Below are positions 1 to 7,996 of a stretch of 64,000 bases of DNA, in pieces. This DNA comes from Methanomassiliicoccales archaeon (lineage in GTDB: Archaea > Thermoplasmatota > Thermoplasmata > Methanomassiliicoccales > JACIVX01), in contig JACIVX010000001.1 of NCBI GenBank assembly GCA_014361295.1, positions 1,522,359-1,586,358 on the forward strand, in the 5' to 3' direction. The translations under genes were made by a program, and so were the position numbers. Position 1 is the first letter of the stretch. Every line of letters begins with the position of its first letter. The notes below the pieces were generated by a model. It saw only the letters and a list, made by a program, of their open reading frames with translations. It did no database searches and had not been told where the DNA came from.

Positions 1-163
1 GGACTAGCAATAAGCATCCCAGGTTCGTAATTTCCTTAACCCCTATATTCTTGAGCCTTGATTCGAGGACTTCGAGATCAACTTCCAGTTTCTCTTTCGG
101 CGTCGCCTCAAATTCCTCAATTCCTGAACAAAGTTTTCTCATAACAAATTCAACTGTCGTCAT
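1..163 (-). CDS. hypothetical protein, N-terminal part only (gene runs off left edge)
   Basis: Absent from ORF track (no stop in window). Revcomp ATG at 163-161 opens MTTVEFVMRKLCSGIEEFEATPKEKLEVDLEVLESRLKNIGVKEITNLGCLLLV with no stop to position 1. Its ATG overlaps the TGA of the upstream gene (ATGA at 163-160). Confidence 0.4.
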   Translation of the reverse strand, partial: MTTVEFVMRKLCSGIEEFEATPKEKLEVDLEVLESRLKNIGVKEITNLGCLLLV

Positions 164-708
164 CGCTTATCCCTTTTCAATCCTGCCTGGATTAGCAGAG
201 AATCGATCTTTTCTCTTGCTGATTTGTTGCTTTCGTGGGATAGCGGTTGACAGCTCTCTATCTGTGCTCGACCCTCGAGAATCTCCACCGCAAATGCCAT
301 ACAAGTTGGGAAACCGCATTTGCCGCAGTTGCTCCGCGGCAGAAGTCTGAGAAGATCGACTATCCCGACCCTCCTTCGTTTTTTGTATTCTTCTGGGTCG
401 ATTTCGTTTTTCCTCTTTTCCACATCCTCTATCCAATCGACAACTTCTTTGATAACTCGTTCTGCCTCATCCAGATCGGTCAGCTGAGTAATCCCCACAT
501 TGCCGTCCCCATCGATTGAAATGATTCTTTGTTCCGACTTGTAGGACAAAACACGTGCTCCTTCGTTGTAATTAGAACTGGGGCGATCGCTTGCTAGATA
601 TGGTAAAAGAGATTGGACATCGCCTTCGAGTCTGTATATCGCTCTGATTTTCCTGCTGTCTGCAATACATGGCAGCGTTTCGACAAGCACCCATTTGAAA
701 CTACCCAT
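160..708 (-). CDS. Fe-S cluster-domain protein (RnfB/CODH-corrinoid-subunit N-terminal type Cys motif)
   Basis: 182-aa ORF. The C-terminal half has LPRSNCGKCGFPTCMAFAVEIL, which matches the LPxxNCGxCGxxxCxxFA putative Fe-S domain pattern. The N-terminal ~110 aa are unrecognised. Confidence 0.55.
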   Translation of the reverse strand: MGSFKWVLVETLPCIADSRKIRAIYRLEGDVQSLLPYLASDRPSSNYNEGARVLSYKSEQRIISIDGDGNVGITQLTDLDEAERVIKEVVDWIEDVEKRKNEIDPEEYKKRRRVGIVDLLRLLPRSNCGKCGFPTCMAFAVEILEGRAQIESCQPLSHESNKSAREKIDSLLIQAGLKRDKR

Positions 709-862
709 CAGATCTAACCATCCATATTCGATATTCGCAGAGATTCCATTCTTCTTGTGGGATTCGATTTGTCATCAGTATTAAATACTTCTAGGCTATT
801 TCAACTTTTTTGAAAATTCCTGTATGTGCATAATATTGAGAGGTGACTAGCTTAGTTTTGGA

Positions 863-1204
863 TTGGTGAAATTGATGACGTCAAGAGTGAAGGTCAACAT
901 GAGTGTGTGTGGAAAGACGACGATTATCAAAGTCACACAAAATGATGAAGGAGACTTCGAAATCGAGGCGGAGACAGATTGCGACAATGTTAAGGAATTC
1001 ATCGGTCTGCTCGGAAAATTGACACTGACAGATATTTCAGATAAGCCAAATAGTCGGATCTGGGAGTGCTTCAAGAAGGCAAAGATGAGCTCGACTTGCT
1101 TGACACCAGCTGCGGTCGTCAATGCCGCTTGGCTTGAGGCCGGAATGTTGTCGAAGAATCTTGCGCTTTCAAAAGGAAAAATCTGCGTGGAATATCTTGA
1201 ATGA
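863..1204 (+). CDS. hypothetical small Cys-containing protein
   Basis: 113-aa ORF with a TTG start at 863; the first ATG is at 875. No recognisable motif. Sits in a clean intergenic context, divergent from the Fe-S protein gene. Confidence 0.45.
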   Translation: MVKLMTSRVKVNMSVCGKTTIIKVTQNDEGDFEIEAETDCDNVKEFIGLLGKLTLTDISDKPNSRIWECFKKAKMSSTCLTPAAVVNAAWLEAGMLSKNLALSKGKICVEYLE

Positions 1205-1361
1205 AGCCTTGAATCTTTATCTATACCTAACTGGGTCAGAATGAATTGATCGATAAACTTTCAATGGAAACTTCATTATGAGAAAAGGTAATATTGTCTT
1301 CAGGAGCGCAATCTCCTCTGTACCAAATCTATATTTCTGCTGAGAATTAAATGGTTTATTC

Positions 1362-2147
1362 ATGAGAGATTTTGAAGAGACTCTCAACAACGAACTGAAC
1401 GGTAAAAGATCAGATCCGCCCTTCATCCTGTGCGCAGGGGGCGGGCCGTTTGGATTGAAAGCCGCAGAGATCGCTAAATCTTATGGTGCGGTATTGGTGG
1501 TCGATCGGGATCTCAAATGCCCTGCTGCGAGAAAAGCGGACATCGTCCTCGATCAAATTCACGATCTTGATCTTTATTCTCTTGGCAAAATTCAATTCCT
1601 TGTCGCGGATGCCGCGGGTGTTCTTTTAGACTTGATCGATCTCAACCAGCTTCCAGATTTTGTCATTCCCGTGGTAAAAGGACATTTTGCTGCAAGATTG
1701 GCTTTTGAATTTCTCGTCAGGAATGGGTATCAGGTGATGCCGAATCCAGATCTAATGGCTAAAATGATCCCAAAATTGCCTGACATTCTCAGCTCGCAAA
1801 CGGATGAGAACAGTGCGGTTCTCTCAGTGAGTTACATGCCTTTTCAAGAACAATGCGATGAGATGTGCGAACGCCCTTTAATATGTCCGATAACGGGACT
1901 GAAGAGGGAAATCCCGATGCACGAGATCATTACCAGGTCTCTCTTAGAGGTGACTCGCAGTTTTGCGGTTCTGGTGACACAGAATTTCGGCGGAATAGGT
2001 GCGCTACGGATTTCTGATATCCAGCGTTTAATAAAATGTCTTTCATCTCTCAAATCTAGCGATTCTCTCTGCGTGGCCACATCCTGTGAGTGCCATGGTA
2101 TTGTCAACTTTCTAGTCGTTGGAAGTCTAAGGGAGAACACTCTATGA
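1362..2147 (+). CDS. hypothetical Rossmann-like protein with C-terminal Cys-rich region
   Basis: 261-aa ORF. N-terminus has a glycine-rich loop followed by an acidic residue (ILCAGGGPFGLKAAEIAKSYGAVLVVDRD), as in dinucleotide-binding folds. C-terminal Cys clusters: CDEMCERPLICP and CVATSCECHG. Confidence 0.5.
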   Translation: MRDFEETLNNELNGKRSDPPFILCAGGGPFGLKAAEIAKSYGAVLVVDRDLKCPAARKADIVLDQIHDLDLYSLGKIQFLVADAAGVLLDLIDLNQLPDFVIPVVKGHFAARLAFEFLVRNGYQVMPNPDLMAKMIPKLPDILSSQTDENSAVLSVSYMPFQEQCDEMCERPLICPITGLKREIPMHEIITRSLLEVTRSFAVLVTQNFGGIGALRISDIQRLIKCLSSLKSSDSLCVATSCECHGIVNFLVVGSLRENTL

Positions 2148-2303
2148 TAATGATTTATCGCGTGGACAAGAATCTTTTCAATGGCATGTTTGAACGCACT
2201 TTGTAAAGAACAAAGAGTGAACGGAAGAATAGATTGAAACGCGTTTGAATCTGTATTTATCTTCCCTCGTTTTTTCATTTCCCAACGTGGCATTTGAGGA
2301 GGC

Positions 2304-3005
2304 GTGAGAAAAAGAGCTTTATTTGTCCAATTTCTAACACCGTATATGCTCGCCTGTTCGTGGAGCGGTGGAAAGGATAGTTGTTTCGCTTTTTGGAAAA
2401 TGGCTTGCGCTGGATACGAGATCAAATATTTATTGAACACTTGTCGGAAAGAAAGTGGAAGAGTCGCTTTTCACGGCGTGAGGGCGTCATTGATTGAAGA
2501 GCAGGCAAGGTCGATCGGGGTCGAGCTTCTCCAGAAAGAAGTGGTCGGCAATGACTACGAGAAGCAATTCCTAGAAGCTCTTTTTGAACTCAAATCTTTC
2601 GGCGTTGATGGGATTGTTTTCGGCGATATCGATGTAGAACAGAACAGACAGTGGTGTGAAAACGTATGCAAGAAAGCTGGTGTCCGATCATATTTCCCTC
2701 TTTGGAATCTCGATCAGGCGCGTATTCTTAATGATTTTCTAGCTGAGGGTTTCAAAGCGATTGTCGTTGCCCTGAATTCGAAATTCCTCGATGAGGAATG
2801 GCTTGGAAAAGTAATTGGCCCGGATTTGTTAAATCAAATCGAAACGCTCAATGTTTACAGATTAACGACAAAGATAACGCCCTGTGGTGAGATGGGAGAG
2901 TATCATACATTCGTTTTTGACGGTCCTCTTTTCCGATTTCCTATCCGTTATAAATTGGGAGAGAAAGTTTTCAAAGAGGGGTATTGGTTGATTGATCTTC
3001 TATAA
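2304..3005 (+). CDS. dph6: diphthine-ammonia ligase-like PP-loop ATPase (MJ0570/DUF71 family)
   Basis: PP-loop motif SWSGGKDS near the N-terminus and GEYHTFVFDGP near the C-terminus. GTG start preceded by GGAGG 5 nt upstream; an alternative Met lies 14 codons in. Confidence 0.75.
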   Translation: MRKRALFVQFLTPYMLACSWSGGKDSCFAFWKMACAGYEIKYLLNTCRKESGRVAFHGVRASLIEEQARSIGVELLQKEVVGNDYEKQFLEALFELKSFGVDGIVFGDIDVEQNRQWCENVCKKAGVRSYFPLWNLDQARILNDFLAEGFKAIVVALNSKFLDEEWLGKVIGPDLLNQIETLNVYRLTTKITPCGEMGEYHTFVFDGPLFRFPIRYKLGEKVFKEGYWLIDLL

Positions 3006-3181
3006 TGAAAATTCATATCGAGCTCTCTGCCGTTAACTGACAAGCTTTCTAGCCGAGGCACGAGTAGTAGAGTTCCGACTCGACAAAAATCTTATATAGG
3101 ATTCCGTTTTTACGAAAAACTGCCCTATCCGTTATACAATTAATCACTTCTAGAATAGGGCATTTCCGAAAGAATTCGACG

Positions 3182-3604
3182 ATGACGGGGGTGTTCGATA
3201 TGGGCATTCACGTTATCGCCGAATTGCTCGGCGTTGACCCTCGAAAGATCTCTCGCGTCGAGATTATCCGCCCGATCTTGAATAGAGTTATTTCTAAATC
3301 TGGATTGAACTGCATTTCCTCTCATTATCATCAATTCGAAGAATATGGCGTCTCTGCTGTATATCTATTGAGTGAGTCCCACCTGAGCGTACATACATGG
3401 CCCGAATATGGTTACATCGCTCTCGACATTTTTACCTGCGGTCCTGATGAGTCAGCCCTGAAAGCTTTTCGTTTGCTCATTGAAGAATTCAGACCCAAGA
3501 TCGTCAAGAAAAAGATCATCAGGAGGGTTCCCTATGCAAAAGGTGGATGCACAGATCTTGAAGATTCTTTCGGAATCGAAGAAGTCCATTTGGGAGCTGC
3601 TTGA
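3182..3604 (+). CDS. speH: S-adenosylmethionine decarboxylase proenzyme (pyruvoyl type)
   Basis: Self-cleavage motif LLSESHLSVHTWPEYGY and the size are typical of archaeal/bacterial class 1 AdoMetDC. The true start may be Met7 at 3200. Confidence 0.85.
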   Translation: MTGVFDMGIHVIAELLGVDPRKISRVEIIRPILNRVISKSGLNCISSHYHQFEEYGVSAVYLLSESHLSVHTWPEYGYIALDIFTCGPDESALKAFRLLIEEFRPKIVKKKIIRRVPYAKGGCTDLEDSFGIEEVHLGAA

Positions 3605-4592
3605 TGCCTTCGATTTCAATTTAAGGGAATTTATTTGCGGACTGAGGCGACTTCACGATGCTGGGTTAATTTCTGCGGATGAGGAAGGATTCGCTCTCAC
3701 TGAAAGAGGGAAGAATGTTCTCGATCCTCATATTACAGCATTCAAACTCGTGAAATGCAGGGAATGTCTCGGCAAGAAATTTCTATTGACTGATAGATTA
3801 AAAGAAATTCTCGAGGAATTCAAGGAGATCACGAAAACCAGACCTCAGCCAACTTTTGACTATTTCCAGGGATACATGGATGAGATCGATGTTATATCAA
3901 GGGTAGCTCTCATGCACTACTACAACGATCTCCACAATAAGGATTTCGTTCTTATCGGTGATGATGACCTTCTAAGCATTGCCCTCTCTCTGACGAATCT
4001 GCCTTCGAGAATCTGTGTTTTGGATATCGACGAACGGATCGGTAGTTATCTTACTCAATTGAACAAGGAGCGCGGATTTGACATCGAGTTCCGTAGGTAT
4101 AATGTCGCGGAGCCTTTACCGGATGATCTCATTCGCAAATTCGACGTCTTCTCTTCTGAGCCTCTCGAAACGATCAGCGGATTGAAGGCATTCATTGGGA
4201 GGGGAGTAAGTTGTCTTGGAGCCGGTGGTGTCGGTTATTTCGGTCTGACGGTCGCCGAGGCATCCCATGAAAAATGGCTTAAAATTGAAAAAATGCTTGC
4301 GAATGGAAATTGTGTGATTACCGATCTAATAAGGGGTTTTTCGAGATATCCGATGAGATACGATGATGTGAACTATGAAACATTTATCGCAAACCTAAAA
4401 TTCCCCGCGAAGGAAAACCCAGGAATCCACTGGTATAAGTCAGCTCTCATCCGATTTGAAATTTTAGGAGAACCAAAGCACATCATCGATCCGAAAAGAA
4501 AGCTTAAGCTCGAATTCATTGACCGAGCGGAGGACATCACTCACATCAGCGTCAATCAATGTATTGAGAATAGGGATGAAAATGGGAAGTGA
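3534..4592 (+). CDS. bpsA: N4-bis(aminopropyl)spermidine synthase-like (DUF43/BpsA family) with N-terminal wHTH
   Basis: Track ORF 3480..4592; start placed at Met19. Has FVLIGDDDLLSIAL, VLDIDERI and a methyltransferase-fold core following a wHTH-like N-terminus, as in the branched-chain polyamine synthase family. Lies directly after speH. Confidence 0.7.
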   Translation: MQKVDAQILKILSESKKSIWELLDAFDFNLREFICGLRRLHDAGLISADEEGFALTERGKNVLDPHITAFKLVKCRECLGKKFLLTDRLKEILEEFKEITKTRPQPTFDYFQGYMDEIDVISRVALMHYYNDLHNKDFVLIGDDDLLSIALSLTNLPSRICVLDIDERIGSYLTQLNKERGFDIEFRRYNVAEPLPDDLIRKFDVFSSEPLETISGLKAFIGRGVSCLGAGGVGYFGLTVAEASHEKWLKIEKMLANGNCVITDLIRGFSRYPMRYDDVNYETFIANLKFPAKENPGIHWYKSALIRFEILGEPKHIIDPKRKLKLEFIDRAEDITHISVNQCIENRDENGK

Positions 4593-4618
4593 CCATCGAA
4601 ACTGCAAGTTTCGATGGA

Positions 4619-5034
4619 ATGACCAGAAGAAAGGCGACACAGCAAGATCTTTAGATCATCATCGAGTTCCCGAAAAAAACTGTCAGCAAAGGAAAGCGCA
4701 GCGGATTCTATGGTCATGCCTGCGAGTAGATTCCAGAACCGCGATTGACTGATGAGAGACATTCTCAGTGAAAATTCAATCGTTTTCGTAGCTGAGCGAG
4801 GAAGCTCTCTCGTCAGATACGTTCTAGGATGGAACGACAGACCTTGCAATTGTAGGGGAAAAGGGGATATGATTGCGATTGCTTCGTGCTGGGAGATTAC
4901 TGACACACGGGTATAATGTATGGTTATGCAACGCGATTCTTGAGTGGTTTAGAGAAAAAGGCGTCTCGTGCGTCGAATCGGACGTCCATTACGAGAATCG
5001 TGAATCGATCTGCCCGTTCGAAGGTTTGGTCTAA
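4619..5034 (+). pseudogene. GNAT-family N-acetyltransferase pseudogene (in-frame stops plus two frameshifts)
   Basis: GNAT-like pieces lie in three successive frames. First MTRRKATQQDL-TAG-IIIEFPKK.., then ..SIVFVAERGSSLVRYVLGW.. (4752..4916), then ..AILEWFREKGVSCVESDVHYENRESICPFEGLV-stop (ends 5034). The total span, about 138 codons, fits a GNAT. Confidence 0.55.
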
Positions 5035-5220
5035 AGAAGTATGTAAAACGTTTCAGATTGCCGTGAGTATTAAGTCGGGGGTTATAGAGAAAATATGTTG
5101 ATTTTGTCTCAGGGATTTCATTTCTATTGTTGAAGTTGCTGGGGTGCTTATTTTCGTACGATTCTCTTTTGGCTCGCATGAGCCAACAACGGACCCTATC
5201 GAGCTTCAAGGCGAGTACTT

Positions 5221-5248
5221 AATCGAGTAAAGAGAATCGAGTAAAGAG
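5221..5248. repeat. perfect 14-bp tandem direct repeat x2 (aatcgagtaaagag), partial third copy follows
   Basis: Read directly: aatcgagtaaagag|aatcgagtaaagag|aaagaatcga. Sits in non-coding DNA between the GNAT remnant and the GC-rich cassette. Confidence 0.9.
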
Positions 5249-5344
5249 AAAGAATCGACTTCTCCGTTGTCACATCCTTCTCTAACGGATTCTTTTGTCA
5301 ACGCAGAATACCCGTCGCCTACGTGCTGTGATCCAGCAACCCTT

Positions 5345-6235
5345 TCAAGTGGTTGCCGTCATGTCCCCATCATTTGAATCGTAGTCGGATAGCTCTGTTT
5401 GACCCTTACGCTCGCCTACCCATTCCTTTAGTAGTCTTACTATTTTTGATCTTGTATTTTTGTTTTCTATGTTAACGCCTTCCTTGAACCTGAAGACAAT
5501 ATTAGGCGAGCTGTCATCATACTCCATATAATCCTTCATTTTTCCCTCTACCAACTGGACCAATTGCTGTTCTACGGACTTAACAAGTTTGCCTTTGCTG
5601 GTCTCAGAAACATTTTCAGCAATCCTCTCCAGGCCTGAGGTGACTATCTGATCGGCGGTCCTGCCTCTGCATCCCGGTTCGGCCAGCTTTAGGACCAAGT
5701 TCACGAGCCCCCTCCTCAATTCGTACGATTTCGATGCCATTTCCGGAATCAACTGGATTTGAATATCGGGCGATCGGCTTATATCCGTTCCATTGAATTT
5801 CCTAAGGTACTCCGCCAGTTCTGTGTCGCTGAGCTTCTCCGTGTTCTTCGAGTCGAAGCGGTCTCTCACGAATATCTGGCAGTAACCGCCGTCGTCGACG
5901 TCATTTTCGAGCCGACTGCATATCACGTTTGGCTTCCCCGCGATGGTGTCGCCGAGCCACTGCTGGAACAGCCTCGGGTTCATATCCCGATAGGAATCCA
6001 GCTGGCATTTCTTGGGCTTGTCGTTGAGGGTGACCTCTATTATCGCCCATTTTGAATCGCTCGAGCAGACGATATCCGGCACGCCGCCCGCGCCGGTTGG
6101 ATCCGCCACAGGCTCAATGACGCCTATCTTGTATCCAGCGCTCTTAAAGGGTCCCTTGAGTCCGATGGTCTTGAGCTCGTAGAAAAGGGCGACGGTGTTC
6201 CTCCAAAGACGGATTCTGTCGTCGACTTCACGCAA
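5345..6235 (-). CDS. hypothetical protein (downstream gene of GC-rich cassette)
   Basis: 296-aa ORF overlapping the upstream ORF by 8 nt. GC-rich coding sequence. No family recognised. VPDIVCSSDSKWAIIEVT only weakly resembles a PD-(D/E)xK core (the Lys is missing). Confidence 0.6.
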   Translation of the reverse strand: MREVDDRIRLWRNTVALFYELKTIGLKGPFKSAGYKIGVIEPVADPTGAGGVPDIVCSSDSKWAIIEVTLNDKPKKCQLDSYRDMNPRLFQQWLGDTIAGKPNVICSRLENDVDDGGYCQIFVRDRFDSKNTEKLSDTELAEYLRKFNGTDISRSPDIQIQLIPEMASKSYELRRGLVNLVLKLAEPGCRGRTADQIVTSGLERIAENVSETSKGKLVKSVEQQLVQLVEGKMKDYMEYDDSSPNIVFRFKEGVNIENKNTRSKIVRLLKEWVGERKGQTELSDYDSNDGDMTATT

Positions 6236-7277
6236 ATACTTCTACCCCGTCGATCGAGATCGATGTCTTTCCCGCGCTCTCCTCGCCGTGGACAGTCGCG
6301 ATCCTCGGCGCCGCGTTCACGCATCCGTCCATCGGGATCACCAAGTGCGCGTAACTGGGGGCAACACCCATCAGGACGCGGTCCCACGTGTGGAGGTCGA
6401 CGCCCGAGTACCTCCTGTAGTCGTCTTCGCGCTCGAGTTCGACCAGCCACAGCTTCAGCTCGCCGACCCCCTTCGATGTTACATTGGAGAACCCGTCTAC
6501 GTCGATGCTTCTGGTAAATTCGATCTCGAACGGGGCGTAGACGCTGTCCCTTATCTTTGTGGCTTCCCGGAGTTCGTCCTCGTAGACGAGGGCCATGTAT
6601 ATGACGCACTGCAGGGCCTCCTCTACTTCCGTCGCCCTGTTGATGGTGACCTTTCCGTTTGAATACCACTCCGACGATATCACTACGTCGTTGCCGCTGA
6701 TCTTCTGCCACCTCATGCTGTTGATGGCATACTTTTCCCTGAGTGTTCGGAGGACCCCCTCTATCTCGGGGTCTATTCCCTGGGCCCCGTACCACGCTTT
6801 CATGCTGAGATAGCTCCTGTGCTCCTCTGGTCTCAGGCCGTCCTCGAACTTGATGCCGACTCCTCTTTCCATCCAGTTTTCCTTATCGGACCAGTACTTC
6901 ATGAGACTCCGGGTCAGCCAGCAGTAGTCGATGCCGTGCGTTTCTCCGACCATCTTTTCGATCGAATAGTCAGAGATCCTGGCCTCCGCGAGACTGAATA
7001 TCGTGCAGACGCGCTCTCCTGTTCTGTTTAGGACGAAGCTCTCGTCGGTCCTACGGTCGTCCGCCGCCGAGTTGATGTACCATCCAGAAACATCCAGCGG
7101 CCGCCAAGAACCGGACGGACAGGGTATATGCGGAACGAGCTTCGGGTTGACCTCGATGAGGTAGGCTTTAAGCTGTGCCCAGTGGTACTTGCCGTGTTCC
7201 TCGAGGGCCTCCTCGTTCTTATTGAACAGGAACTGCACGCACCTCTTGAAATCGCCGAGAGACTTTATCCCGTCCAT
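6228..7277 (-). CDS. hypothetical protein (upstream gene of GC-rich cassette)
   Basis: Track ORF 6228..7307 starts at TTG. The only ATG is 10 codons in (7277) and lies about 32 nt downstream of a TTATATA box, so the ATG start is preferred. Trp-rich, with no recognised family. Confidence 0.6.
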   Translation of the reverse strand: MDGIKSLGDFKRCVQFLFNKNEEALEEHGKYHWAQLKAYLIEVNPKLVPHIPCPSGSWRPLDVSGWYINSAADDRRTDESFVLNRTGERVCTIFSLAEARISDYSIEKMVGETHGIDYCWLTRSLMKYWSDKENWMERGVGIKFEDGLRPEEHRSYLSMKAWYGAQGIDPEIEGVLRTLREKYAINSMRWQKISGNDVVISSEWYSNGKVTINRATEVEEALQCVIYMALVYEDELREATKIRDSVYAPFEIEFTRSIDVDGFSNVTSKGVGELKLWLVELEREDDYRRYSGVDLHTWDRVLMGVAPSYAHLVIPMDGCVNAAPRIATVHGEESAGKTSISIDGVEVFA

Positions 7278-7308
7278 CGCCTTTTTCCCCCTGCTTGCAT
7301 AATCCAAC

Positions 7309-7315
7309 TATATAA
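7309..7315 (-). promoter_or_regulatory. candidate TATA box for the GC-rich cassette
   Basis: Minus-strand TTATATA about 32 nt upstream of ATG 7277. This spacing fits an archaeal short-leader or leaderless mRNA. Confidence 0.35.
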
Positions 7316-7454
7316 CTATCTTTGCATCCTCTGCACAGAGAATATGAGATTATTCCGATATATATGGTTAAGCTTTTGAAGTGCAGACAAGAGAAAACCC
7401 GCTCCGTCACCACTCCTTTGGTATCTCCTCTATTTCCGTAATCTTCTCAGAGAT

Positions 7455-7466
7455 GGGGGGGGGGGG
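7455..7466. repeat. G12 homopolymer tract
   Basis: Read directly: agat gggggggggggg agaa. It is immediately followed by a 9-bp-arm inverted repeat (7469-7477 / 7494-7502, AAAAGTTCT..AGAACTTTT) and T-rich sequence. Confidence 0.95.
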
Positions 7467-7606
7467 AGAAAAGTTCTCTAGTTGTGTGTGAACAGAACTT
7501 TTGTTATGACTTTCAATTCCTTTTATTGGTTTTTGGCATCTAACGCAGCGAATTGTTTTAGGCGAAGATTATTTGTCTTAGGTTTAGTAGTCCTTTGTAG
7601 TCCTTC

Positions 7607-7825
7607 TTAAGCATTTTCAATTTCTTTTGGTGTTAGGAGGACGAGTTTTCCTGCGAAGGGGTATGTTTGCGCAGCTTCTATTATTTCGTCATGGTATTCT
7701 TGTTCTGCGACTACAACCATTTTGAGGGACCATTGATGCACCAAGTTAAGCCTGTATATTGGGTCGGGAATGCTTCCATGCACTTGGACTTCGAATGGCA
7801 CATATGTTAGTCCGAAGATTTTCAT
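7607..7825 (-). CDS. hypothetical small protein
   Basis: 72-aa ORF in AT-rich DNA between the EVE-like gene and the G12 tract. No motif recognised; coding status uncertain. Confidence 0.3.
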   Translation of the reverse strand: MKIFGLTYVPFEVQVHGSIPDPIYRLNLVHQWSLKMVVVAEQEYHDEIIEAAQTYPFAGKLVLLTPKEIENA

Positions 7826-7996
7826 GCGAGATCGAGTGATTTGCCTTTTGCTTTGAAGGGTTTATCTGTTGGCCTAAGGTCATTTACCGTTGGCTTTTTT
7901 AGTGATTCGTACCCAAAGATTTGACCGATGATATGTAAAGATTCGACAATTGCGTTGTGTGGTGATGCTTCTTCTATTGACGTTTCCCTTTCAGGT

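Noticed and set aside
1844-2440. 198-aa minus-strand ORF spanning the end of 1362..2147 and the start of dph6
   Set aside because: It overlaps two motif-supported plus-strand genes in antisense, and its sequence is not protein-like.
4652-4654. In-frame TAG of the GNAT remnant as a pyrrolysine codon
   Set aside because: TAG is used as an ordinary stop in this window (for example at the kae1 end, 10290-10292). The GNAT region also has a second stop and two frameshifts, so read-through would not rescue it.
4556-5209. ORFs 4556..4906 (minus), 4916..5101 (plus) and 4949..5209 (minus) as real genes
   Set aside because: The region is better explained by GNAT-like segments spread over three plus-strand frames (a pseudogene). 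The listed ORFs have no protein-like features.
6124-6813. Long alternative-frame ORFs inside the GC-rich cassette (6124..6795 minus 223 aa, 6195..6662 plus 155 aa, 6263..6517 plus, 6595..6813 plus)
   Set aside because: Their translations are Arg/Gly/Pro/Ser-rich and low-complexity. They fully overlap the two longer, protein-like minus-strand ORFs. This is the expected by-product of high-GC coding DNA.
7823-7996. Open frame between the EVE-like gene and the 72-aa ORF (..PERETSIEEASPHNAIVESLHIIGQIFGYESLKKPTVNDL.., ending in ATGA with the 72-aa ORF start)
   Set aside because: It has no ATG, GTG or TTG codon in frame after the preceding stop. It may be a remnant of a longer gene but cannot be supported as a CDS.
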